Shown here: positions 53,673 to 64,000 of the stretch, one piece after another
How positions within the stretch are numbered: the first letter of the stretch is position 1
Layout: the number at the start of each line of letters is the position of its first letter
Assembly (NCBI RefSeq): GCF_009914755.1
Contig: NC_060928.1
Length of the DNA: 64,000 bases
DNA from: the human T2T-CHM13v2.0 reference genome, Homo sapiens
Strand: one strand, 5' to 3'
Position numbers and translations under genes: made by a program
The notes under the pieces: generated by a model
Databases searched by the model: none
What the model was told of the DNA's origin: nothing
What the model saw: only the letters and a program-made list of their open reading frames with translations

Positions 53673-55859
53673 CAGGCATGAAAACATTAGAAACATGTAG
53701 CAGTAAACGTAAAAGTTGTGAAAGACATAGTCACTAAAATGTATAAATCGTTGCTTAATAAATTAAAGATTTAAATACTTGGAGATATAGCATTCATGAA
53801 TTAAAAAACTCAATATAGTTAAAAGGACAATTCTCTCAATATTGATTTATTGATTCAGTGTAATTCCAATAAAAATTTCTGTGGTCTTTGTAAAGATACT
53901 GACAAACAGACTTATTGCAAAGCAATAGATAGCAACAAAGTGGGTACTATGCTAAAGACGGACAAATAAATCAGTGGAACACAATAGTGAGTTGTGAAAT
54001 AGATCCATGCATGGGCAGTCAATTTATTTTTGATAAAGTACAAAGGCAACTTTTTGAAGAAAAAATAGCCAGTAAATGGTGCTGGAAGAATTGGAAATCA
54101 CATGCAATAAACAAATAAACTTGAATGCATATACATCTTAAAATATACAAAAATTAACTCAAATGGATTATAGATTTATGTGTGAAATCTAAAACATAAA
54201 CTTTCTAGAATAATACATAGCGGAATATCTTTATGACCTTGAGTTTGATAATTTTTTTAGATACCAAAATTATGATCCATGAATTTTTTAAAAATGGACA
54301 TATAACCTTATCAATATTAAGATATTCTGCTATTTGAAAGACACTAAGAAAATAAAAACAAGTCTAAGTAATTCACTAGTCAACCCATAAATCATTAAAC
54401 AAGTGCAAAATATTTGAACAGACACTTCACGAAAGAAGATGCATGAATTGCAAATAAGCACATAAGAGATACTCAACACCATTAGTCATCTAAAAGCAGG
54501 GTGAGATATCACTATACACATAGTTAAATTGGTAAAATTAAAAAGACCTCCACACAAGACTGTCCCACGGGTGGTTTAAATGTAAAACCATAATTTTTAT
54601 AGTTTGTCTGTTTTCTAAAACTTTAAATATAGGTTCCAGTAATCCTAATCTGAAGTATTTATGCCAAGTAGTGAAAGCATATGTCTATACAAAGACTTTT
54701 TCATGCATATTCATAGAAGCCTTATTTGTAATAGCCCCACACTACCAACACAGTCAAAATATCCATGAGTAGGTGAATGGATAGGCAAATGGTGACACAT
54801 CTATACTATGGAGTGCTGTTCAATGTTAAAACCAAATGGTTCATTATTGATACATTCAACCGCATAGATGAATCACATAAATAATTATGGTGAGTGAAAG
54901 TAGCCAGACAAGAAAGAGTGTGTACTTTATGATTCCATGTATATAAAATTTTAGAATATTCAAACCAATCAATAGTGGGAGAGAGCAGGCCAATGGCTGT
55001 CTGGCAATGGTTATATTTTGGGGAAGGGAGGGAGGATGGGATTACAAAAGAGCACTTTAGAATGTGAAAGATATGCTCCTTATCTTGACTGTAGTGATGG
55101 GTCAAGGCATACATAAATATCAAAACTTAGCAAACTGTAAATTAAATAATAGCAGTGATTTGTGCATCAAGTATACCTCAAATTTTACTTTAGCTTTATT
55201 TAATATAATCCATAAATGGTATGCTGCTTATAGGACTTGTATGGCATAGTTTTTTAAAATATAGTATCTATATTTAATTATTATAGGATACAGAAATGAA
55301 TAGGTACAAGTAAAACATAAGCCATTAATTATCTCTGTTGAACAGCATAATGAAAGAGTAGGAAAAATTAGGTAACTTGATTGGCATGATTTATAGCAAT
55401 TAAGAAATAGCATGCCATTTGCAGAAAATGTGTATCAAGTACTAAAATATATATTTCTATGTGATGCTAAACAAATGAAGTGTTTAGTGTATTTTAACTA
55501 TGCATGTTGTTTGAGGTCACCAACTAATATCATCAGTAGACTATTAGAAACCAATATTTCATACAACTATGTGATATCTGAGTATGTATTAAATAAGCCT
55601 AGAAAAGTGGGCTGGTATCTGGGTATCTGGTAGACACTTCATGAATATTTGTTGAATCAATATGGACTGAAACCTTTAAAAATAATTTCAAAATGTATTA
55701 TTAGTTCTTAAAATGTGATACTTTTATCCCAATTAGAATTAACATTTTGCATAGGCTAACTATTCAAAAGCTGCATCTTGAGTTATCTATAGTAGATTAT
55801 TTCTTCCTTGCCAAATAATATGATTTATTGTTCTCTCATCCAGAGCTGTCTAATTTTCC

Positions 55860-56010
55860 CTTGAGTCTGAATAGAGTTTGGTGATGATATCTTGACTACC
55901 TCCCTGGGTACCCTATTTGATTGCCTCATAGACCTCATGACTAAGAATTTCTTCATCTTATCTAGCTTAAGCATTCTTTCTTCATGTTTCAGGCCATTAC
56001 TTCTTGTCTT
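55860..56010 (-). mobile_element. L3/CR1 fragment
   Basis: actacctccctggg..aagaatttcttc..ccattacttcttgtc resembles the antisense CR1 3' region. Confidence 0.6.
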
Positions 56011-56617
56011 ACAATCTTTAACTATCTTCGGTAATTCATCCCCTCAGGAATTTAAGCTACCCATAAATATAAAAAGAAAAGGACATATCTCAGTGTCTGA
56101 CAGTTTGTGAAAATTGAGACAACTATATTCTAGAGATAGCAGTAAGTACTCTAGGGCATGCAGAGAGAGCTGTGGGGAAGGAAATATTTCCTGGTTTGCT
56201 AAGTGAGGCAAGGTCACTGAACTTGTATGTGAATGGCTCCCTGAAACTATTGTTCATTTACCAAACAGATAACGTTTTAATCTGTGATCTTGGCTCTTAT
56301 TTCATCTATTTTCCTCTTTGAATTGTGTCCATATGTGTTGCTGCTTTTCTTTAAATGATGATAACAAAACAAGGAAAAGACAGTGAGAAGTGTCAAAAAG
56401 AATTTCTTGTCAAAATATTATTTTTTTGTGACTATTTCTCTATCATTCCCATTTTTTATTTTTCAAAGAATTGTTTTGTGTTGCCTTATGTTGTTTTGTT
56501 TGTGGATCTTAGTAAATTCAAGAGGCCATACTATTTCAAACAAATGACCCACTGGAAAATATTTTAGCTTGGGAAATTGTGTGATTCTCTCCAGAGTTTC
56601 TGTGAATGTCAGGCATT

Positions 56618-56936
56618 TTTGAGGCGTTTCCAAATATGAAAGTTTAAGAATATATTGTGTTAACTGAAATCAACGTATTTCTCAGTATAAAATACTTGTC
56701 CCTGGAAATCTGAACTTTGTAACATTTGTAACATTTGTAACTTTGTAACATTTGTAATCTGAACTGTTGTAACATTCTTGTTTATCAAGTTTCATTCACT
56801 TCTAAGCCCCTGCCACATGGTACAAATCAATGCAAATCTATTGTGTTAGAAACTCTGTCCAAGTTCAATCAGTTCCCCAGCTTGTAAGACCCACTTTCAA
56901 ACCATCCAACCCAGGTCTGAAATCTCTATAAATACT
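56618..56936 (+). mobile_element. Probable old LTR fragment containing a TTTGTAACA micro-array
   Basis: LTR-like tract ending in a TATA-like ctataaata; repeats at about 56716-56775. Family not identified. Confidence 0.4.
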
Positions 56937-56969
56937 ATTATCTAAAATGATGAATCAGCATTGCTTAAC

Positions 56970-57895
56970 ATCATGTTATTAAGCAATTGCAAACTAAACA
57001 GCAGTGAGATACCACTATGCATCTTTTAAAATGGCAAAAATTAAAAAATAAATTAAAACTGTAAATATGGAATGTTGATGAGGATGAGAAACCACAGAGA
57101 ATTCTTTCACGGCTGTTGAGAATGCCAAATGGTTAAGACACATTGGAAGACAGTTTAGCAGTTTTTTACAAAGCTAGGAATAGTCTTACTATAAAATCCA
57201 GGTATTTTGCTCCTAGGTATTTATCCAAATGAGTTAAAAATTTATTACCACACAAAAGCTGACATGAATATTTAAGACATCTTTATTTATAATATTGCCT
57301 AAAACTGAATCAATAAAGACTTCCTTCAAAGGTTAGTGGAGAAACAAATGGTGGTACTTCCATAAAATGAAATATTACTCAGTAATAAAAAGTGAGCTTA
57401 AAGCCATGAAAAGATGGAGGAACCATAAATGAAAATTTCTAAGTGAAAGAAGCCAGTCTGAAAAGGCTACATACAGTATGATTCTAACTATATAAAATTC
57501 TGGAAAATGTAACACTATTGTATAGAGAAAGTAAAAAAAGACCAATGTTTGCCCAGGCAGCAGATGTTGGCCTTACTAGGTGAAAAACAGGGATTTTTAG
57601 GGCAAGCAGCAAAACTATTTTGTTTGATATTGTAACAGTTAATACCTGACATTATGCATTTCTCAAAACCCACAGAGCTTTACAACACGAAGGGTGAAAC
57701 CATAAAATTTTGTTAATAATAATCAGTCAATATTTGTTCATTAATTATAGCAAACGTACCACACTAATACCAGATTAATAATAGGGGAAACTGTGTAGGG
57801 GAGAGGTTCATATCAGAACTACCTGTACTATCTGCTCAATTTTTTTCTGCAAATTCTAAAATTATTCTAAAAATAAAGTTGATTAATTAAAAAAG
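56970..57895 (+). mobile_element. L1MC-type 3' region
   Basis: aagtgaaagaagccagtctgaaaaggctacatac..aataggggaaactg..taaaaataaagt. Confidence 0.85.
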
Positions 57896-59321
57896 TACAA
57901 GTGGTCGCATAGAATGACAAAATTGAAGTAACTCAATTTCTGTTCTTTGCCTTTACAATGATCATTTATTTTAAATGTCCTACTTGAAAGAAAACACATA
58001 CATACAGATCTAGGTCTGGGAATGGGAGTGGAGGAGGAGTACTTAACTTAATTATCTAATATCTTCCATGTAGAATACAATGTTTTATTAAGAGATAAGT
58101 ACTAATGCTGTGCTACTTTGAAATATATATGCATACCTAAATATGTATTACATACATTTAATATTAATATTATTAACATCTCTAATATAAATTATATAGA
58201 AATACAATACAATATTAAATATATAATATACATATCTGTACAAGTATACAAGTACATATATATGCATACATCAACTCAGCAGTAAGTACAGCAATTATTT
58301 TAATTAGAACTTCGATCACAGATGCTTTTGTTTTTTGAAAATGAGTATTTTATCACTGAAATTATTTGGAATTGGTGGTGGTAATTTTAAAACAGTAACT
58401 TTTAGTAGGGTATTTATTGGTTTTAAATGACTGTCCCTTCATTTTGGTATACAGCCATTTTGGTTGAATCTATAATAGTCTCAAATTTTTCTGACACTGA
58501 AAAAATAATAATAACAAATGAAGGAATTAATCAATTTTAGCATTTTTAAAGAATATATTAAGACAGTCGGAGGAACTCTGGCCTAGCTTTCCAGTTTTAT
58601 TAACTGATTGGCTAGTAGTTAGGACTAATTGATAGATTTAGCAGTATAAACTTCATCACTAGAGGCAGCTCTCAGGGAATACATGACTGTGTAAACAGAG
58701 TACTTGATTAAGTTGTAGAGCCCCAGGGAACAGCCTGGACTCTGGTTATGTAAATATAACAGATGGCTAAGCAAATGCCGTGCTGTACTAAGAGTAGGTT
58801 TATTGTAGTTATCTAGGTTTATATAGAAGATTTAAGAGGGAGACGATCCAACTTTTCCAAGCCAAACCAGGTATTGACTATATCATACTGTCATGGAAAT
58901 TATTTGAGAATGGGTTGGAAGTTTTTCAAGTCAACATCCTCTAGAGAACAGTACACTGTTTAACTGCTTATGATTGTTTTGTTATATTTTTAAAAGCAAT
59001 TTTCCTTGAAGAAAATTGTGAGATAATGGCCCAGATCCTGTCATTTGATAAGGGTTATGCCACTTTGTAGAAGACAGAATTGGTGAGTAATTCTCATTGC
59101 AAAAACAGCTTATGAATGAATACTTTTTGAAGTTCACATACTATATATGCTCTTATTTAATCTTATTTAATCTTCATCTCAATGTTTAAATTAGGTGCAG
59201 GTACTTCTCACTTAAACTGAAGAAACTAAGTTGAGGATAGAAAAGAAAGAACTTATATAAGGGGAAAAAACCTTGAGGCAATACTGTACAATAAATATAC
59301 ATTGGTTTGAAATCACTAGCA

Positions 59322-60975
59322 CACTTATACACCAATAACAGTCAAGCCAAGAGTCAAATCAGGAATGCAGTCTCATTCACAATTGCCACACACGAAAATA
59401 AAATACCTAGGAATACAGCTAACCAGGGAGGTTAACGAAGTCTACAAATAGAACTACAAAACACTGCTCAAAGAAATCAGAGAGGACACAAACAAATGGA
59501 AAAACATTTCATACTCATGGATAGGAAAACTCAATATCATCAAAATGGCCATACTTCCCAGAGCAATTTATAGATTTAATGCTATTCCTATTAAACTAGT
59601 AATGTGATTCTTCACAGAACTAGGAGAAAACTATTTTAAAATTCATATGGAACCCAAAAAGAGCCCAAATAGCCAAGGCAATCCTAAGCAAAAAGAACAA
59701 AGCTTTAGGCATCACACTATCTGACTTCTAACTATACTACAGGGCTACACTAACCAAAAGAGCATGGTGCTGGAGCAAAAACATGCACATAAGCCAATGG
59801 ATCAGAATAGACAACTCAGAAATAAGACTACATATGTACAACTATCAGATTTTTGACAAAGCTGACAAAAACAAGCAATGGGAGTAAGACTCCATATTCA
59901 ATAAACGATGCTGGCATAACTGGCTAGCCACATTCAGAAGATTGAAACTGGACTCCTTCCTTACACCATATACAGAAATTAACTCAAGATGGATTAAAGA
60001 CTTAAATGTAAAACCCAAAACTATCAAAACCCTGGAAGATAACCTAGGCAATACCATTCTGGACATAGGCACAGGAAAAAATGTCATAAAAAAGATGCCA
60101 AAAGCAATTACAAAGAAAGTGAAAATAGACAAGTGTGATCTAATTAAATTAAGATTTTCTGCAAAGGAAACTATCAACAGAGTAAACAGACAACTGACGG
60201 AATGAAATAAAAATCTTGCAAACTATGCATCTGATAAAGATCTAATATTTAGAATCTGTAAGGAATGTAAACAATTTAATTTTCTGAGATAGAGTCTTGC
60301 TCTGTTGCCCAGGCTGGAGTGCAGTGGTATGATCTTGGCTCACTGCAAGCTCCGTCTCCTGGGTTCAAGCAATTCTCATGCCTCAGCCTCCCAAGTAGCT
60401 AAGATTACAGGTGCGTGTCACCACGCCTGGCTAATTTTTGTATTTTTAGTAGAGATGGGGTTTGATCATGTTGGCCAGGCTGGTCTTGAACTCCTGATCT
60501 CAAGTGATCCACCCTTCTCGGTCTCCCAAAGTGCTGGGATTACAGACATGAGCCACCGCGCCCAGGGGAACTTAAACAAATTGACAAGTTAAAAAAAAAA
60601 ACCAAAACAAAACATTAAAACGTGGGCAAAGGACATGAACAGATACTTTTCAAAAGAAGACATACATGCAGTCAACAATCGTGTAAAAAAGCTCAACATC
60701 ACTGGTCATTAGAGAAATACAAATCAAAACAGAGTACCACATGTTCTCCCTTATAAGTGGGAGCTGGAAGGTGAGAACAGATGAGGGAAATCAGTGTGCC
60801 CCAGGACAGAGGGTGGGAAGAGGGAGAGGATCAGGAAAAATAACCAATGGGTGTCAGGCTTAATGCCTGGGTGAAGAAATTGTCTGTACAACAAACCCCA
60901 TGAAACAAGTTTACCTATATAACAAACCTGCACATGTACCCCTCAACTTAAAATAAAAGTTAAATTAAAGAAAAG
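59322..60975 (+). mobile_element. 5'-truncated L1PA (about L1PA10-13) with an Alu insertion and an internal deletion at about 60730
   Basis: RT to C-terminal ORF2 (ORF track 59942-60205), a jump aaatcaaaac|agagtaccacatg, then 3'UTR and tail. Confidence 0.9.
60278..60565 (-). mobile_element. AluSx/Sz with very short tail
   Basis: Antisense dimer; degenerate TSD ggaatgtaaacaattt / ggaacttaaacaaatt. Confidence 0.93.
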
Positions 60976-61262
60976 ATATATTGGAGGAGTCATGATAAAG
61001 ACCAGAGCTTGGTGCCCAGGTGAATGTCCTTACAGAGTCTAAATACCATCCAATAGACAGAATAGAAGTCTTAAAAATTCAGAATTGTCCTACTGCAGCT
61101 TATAGTTGCCAATCACTACTTATGTAGGTAATGTTTAATTAGAATCAGTATTATCCTGGGAAAATAAACTATATGTCTTAGTATCATTCACTCTAAGGTA
61201 CAATTGAGCACTTACTATGGGCAGAAAATGGTTTCTGGCCACTTGAATCACGTAGTCTAATG

Positions 61263-61436
61263 CAGTATTCTGCAAATTTACCTGATGACAAAGTATACCA
61301 AGTGCCCTTGTTAAAAATAGAGATTGCTAAATTTTCTCCTGGAGAGTATAATTCAGATTGTTGGAAAAGACACAGGAAATCACATTTTTAATAAGCACCT
61401 CATGTGACAGTTTTCAGGCATGTGTGAAAATCTTGG
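61263..61436 (+). mobile_element. MER5A1-like hAT-Charlie MITE
   Basis: cttgttaaaaatagagatt..ctcctggaga..aattcag..atttttaataagcacc. Confidence 0.7.
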
Positions 61437-61935
61437 TCTACCAGATTTCTAAATAACATATAATGAGGACCCAAAGCATAATTACTTTAGCTAGAGTAAT
61501 TGTGTCTTCAAAAATTATTGGAAAGAAAGCAAATTAAAAGGACACCATTGTTTCTTGTTAAGATTTTCTGTCATTTTGCTATCTATAAATGATTCTATTG
61601 TTGACTTTTAAATAATCAATTTAAGATTTTGAAAACTGTAGCATTCTCCTAATCTACAAATAAATTCCTGCTGAAACTATTGCCATCTGCTGCTTACATT
61701 TAAGAACATAGCCAAAGGCCCAGAATATTACCCAAGACTATGCCTAAAAGGGTATTGGACCTAGGGCCTCCTCATAAAAAGTTTCTACTACTGCCAAGTC
61801 ACACCATTTATCTTCTTGGATACATATGCAGGGGAGAGTGGGATAGTTCTGCTTTACAATGATGGTAGTGGTAGTAAAATTGGGGTGGCAGACAGATGTA
61901 TATGTGCAAATAAGTATGGGTATATACTCACACAT

Positions 61936-61963
61936 GTATGTGTGTGTATATATATATATATAT
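61936..61963. repeat. (TG)n(TA)n microsatellite
   Basis: Read directly. Confidence 0.9.
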
Positions 61964-62040
61964 TTGGGACAATTTGTTTTTAATTGTAGCTGCATGGTCA
62001 TCCAAAATATAATTTTTTATTAAGAAATTGATAAGTAATC

Positions 62041-62071
62041 ATTATTATTATTATCATTATTATTATTATTA
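62041..62071. repeat. (ATT)n microsatellite, one interruption
   Basis: Read directly. Confidence 0.9.
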
Positions 62072-63755
62072 TGCCACACAGGAAACTTGAGTTTGCTGAT
62101 GTTTTTCTCCTTTTACAAAAGAAAGGGTTGGGGGAACCATATTGCTAACTTTAACTGTTGTCTAGTTGCCAGATATATCTCTAACAGTCATTCAATGTCT
62201 TATATGGAGGAAATGACCTAAGGCAATATATCACTTACAATTTTATACTGCATTAGCAGCAACTAATATAGCTGTCTAAAAATAATTATTTTAACAGATG
62301 AGAGATATTGCCTCATACATAGTCTTATAACCTAGACTCATAGAAATTAGGACTCTGATTGTCTACTGTGAGGTTTAACACTATATTTGAAGTATGTTTA
62401 GTTTCTCCAGTAAAAGTATTCTAAGCAAGGTCTTTATTTAATATACTATTCCAAAATATGTTCTAACACTTCTATTTAATAGAAAATCAGCAAATGTATT
62501 ATTTTTAGGTAAAATAATGCATCAGTAAAATAAGTCAATGTCAAAAATTTTGCTTTATTATTATGCAAAGTAACAGAGTACAAAGAAAACAAGTTTTCTA
62601 CTCATAACAAAGAAGATACACAGGTAAAATTTACCAAACAGAAATCCAACAATCTAAATAAAACAAAATTTAAACTCAAAATTTTGTTCTTAAAAAGAGT
62701 TAGAACTAAATTCATAAACTATAATTTCCTTAGGTTTCAATAGAGTACTGTTAAGACTCAATAAATCTTTTAAAAGACAAGGAATCTATTTTTTACCAGA
62801 CTTTCTTAGCCGTTGGCTTTGTCAGCAACAGTGTTTGCAGCCATTAAAACAGTGAATCGCCAAGAGAATAAGTTTAGAAGAAGAGTAAATCATTATGTAA
62901 TACCATATATATAGTTGAGATAACTGGGGAGAAGTTGAAGGCAAACATAAAAACAGGTAAAAAGAAGAAAAAGACTAATATATAGGATCAGTGATCAGGA
63001 AACATTTTTGAACACCTGAATCACACTGACTGGCTCTATCTTTTTCTTCCCTCTTCTTCCAAAAGTACAAGAAAAATAATGATTTGAGTTTCCAACGGAT
63101 CTTTCTATAGTTTGGAAAGTATGTTGCCTTGATTACAATGTGAAATTACAATTAAGAATATTTGGCTTGCTGAAAACCTATTGTGGGTTTCTGGAGGAGG
63201 CATCATTTTTTTCGCCTACTTTTCTATGTTGCTAAATAGGTTTTTACTGCAGGGATCATTGCAGAAAGCCTGGAAACACCAGAATCTCTAACATGCTGAA
63301 AGCATTGTGTTGATCATGTAAGAATCTGGAAAAATAATTTTTTCTTGGTTTGCAGTTATTTTTTACAGTGTAGGCTTAAATCCATTTGAGCTGGCTAAAT
63401 ATACTGGAAAATGAATAACTCTTTGATGTTGTGGTTAAAATTTTTGGAAGAAAATGCCTAAACAGAACCTATAAAAATTCAGAAAAATGGAAATTTCAAA
63501 CTGGCTATTTATTCATATTAAATTAACTAAAAGCAGCAGCATTTTGAAATAAATATTCGTATCTTTTCCAAGTAACTAAAAGAAAGCTGACCATGTATAC
63601 AGTTCTGGTCCCTAATCCCATCTTTAAGGGTCATCAAAAATGTTGTCACAAATATCTGAATGCTATTCTCTAGACTATTTTTATTTTGGACTTTAAGTTT
63701 GTAGAATTAGATCACATAGTTCTTCATTAATTACACAATGTCATCGGAATCCATG

Positions 63756-64000
63756 TGTAGCAATCACTGCAGGCACCCCACTTATATCCCTCAACACCTA
63801 CCATTGTAGTTTTTGTAAATGGCTTGCCTCTGAAAGCATCAGTTACTCTCTGCATGATGGTATTCTCTAGCTACAGGAGCATGTAACTAAGACAGTTGGT
63901 ACTGGATGTAAGGCTTCAGGAAGTAGATGGGATGGAATTCTAGAATTGTATCAATCATCAGCCATATTCAACAAGGATAGTTTTCCTGAGGATTACTGGG
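63756..64000 (-). mobile_element. Possible ERVL LTR (LTR16-like) fragment running off the window
   Basis: tgtagca..atatccctca..ctctgcatgatgg resembles the LTR16/LTR33 class; highly diverged. Confidence 0.4.

Larger units (their letters stand above)
49780..55170 (+). mobile_element. Ancient L1M ORF2-3'UTR in two halves (about 49780-50360 and 53690-55170), split by a younger L1
   Basis: ctactcaacattgtact..aggtacaaaatt continues as ttggagatatagcattcatg..aaattaactcaaatgg..tatgattccatgtata. Confidence 0.7.

Noticed and set aside
63253-63317. AG...GT-bounded 65-bp candidate exon
   Set aside because: Stops in all three frames and a weak donor; expected by chance in 64 kb.

Overview
AT-rich primate (human/great-ape-like) genomic DNA, judged from its Alu, L1PA, THE1, LTR12 and LTR22 content. 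Most of the window is transposable elements. I find no supportable host protein-coding exon, RNA gene or CRISPR array; nearly all long ORFs in the track are L1 or Tigger1 remnants or repeat artefacts. The main element is a full-length minus-strand L1PA2/late-L1PA3 LINE-1 (4230-10263). Its ORF1 and ORF2 are indel-free but carry five nonsense codons, its ORF0 is frameshifted and its YY1 site is altered. Also present are a full-length Tigger1, a complete THE1A provirus, solo LTR12, LTR22, MLT2A and THE1 LTRs, MER1B, MER81, MER5A1, several Alus, and MIR, L2 and L3 relics. A deeply nested stack of elements spans 34.4-45 kb. I see no clear new biological system. The observations most worth following up are: (1) a hidden ancient colinear duplication, probably a triplication, of non-repeat DNA at about 12-14, 18-19 and 28-29 kb; (2) an HML-5 solo LTR ending in two tandem tRNA-Met PBS-like units; (3) three twin-priming-type inverted L1 insertions; (4) templated inverted repair scars; (5) a perfect 102-bp palindromic microsatellite. 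Subfamily names come from my recall of consensus sequences, not from a database search, and boundaries of old elements are approximate.
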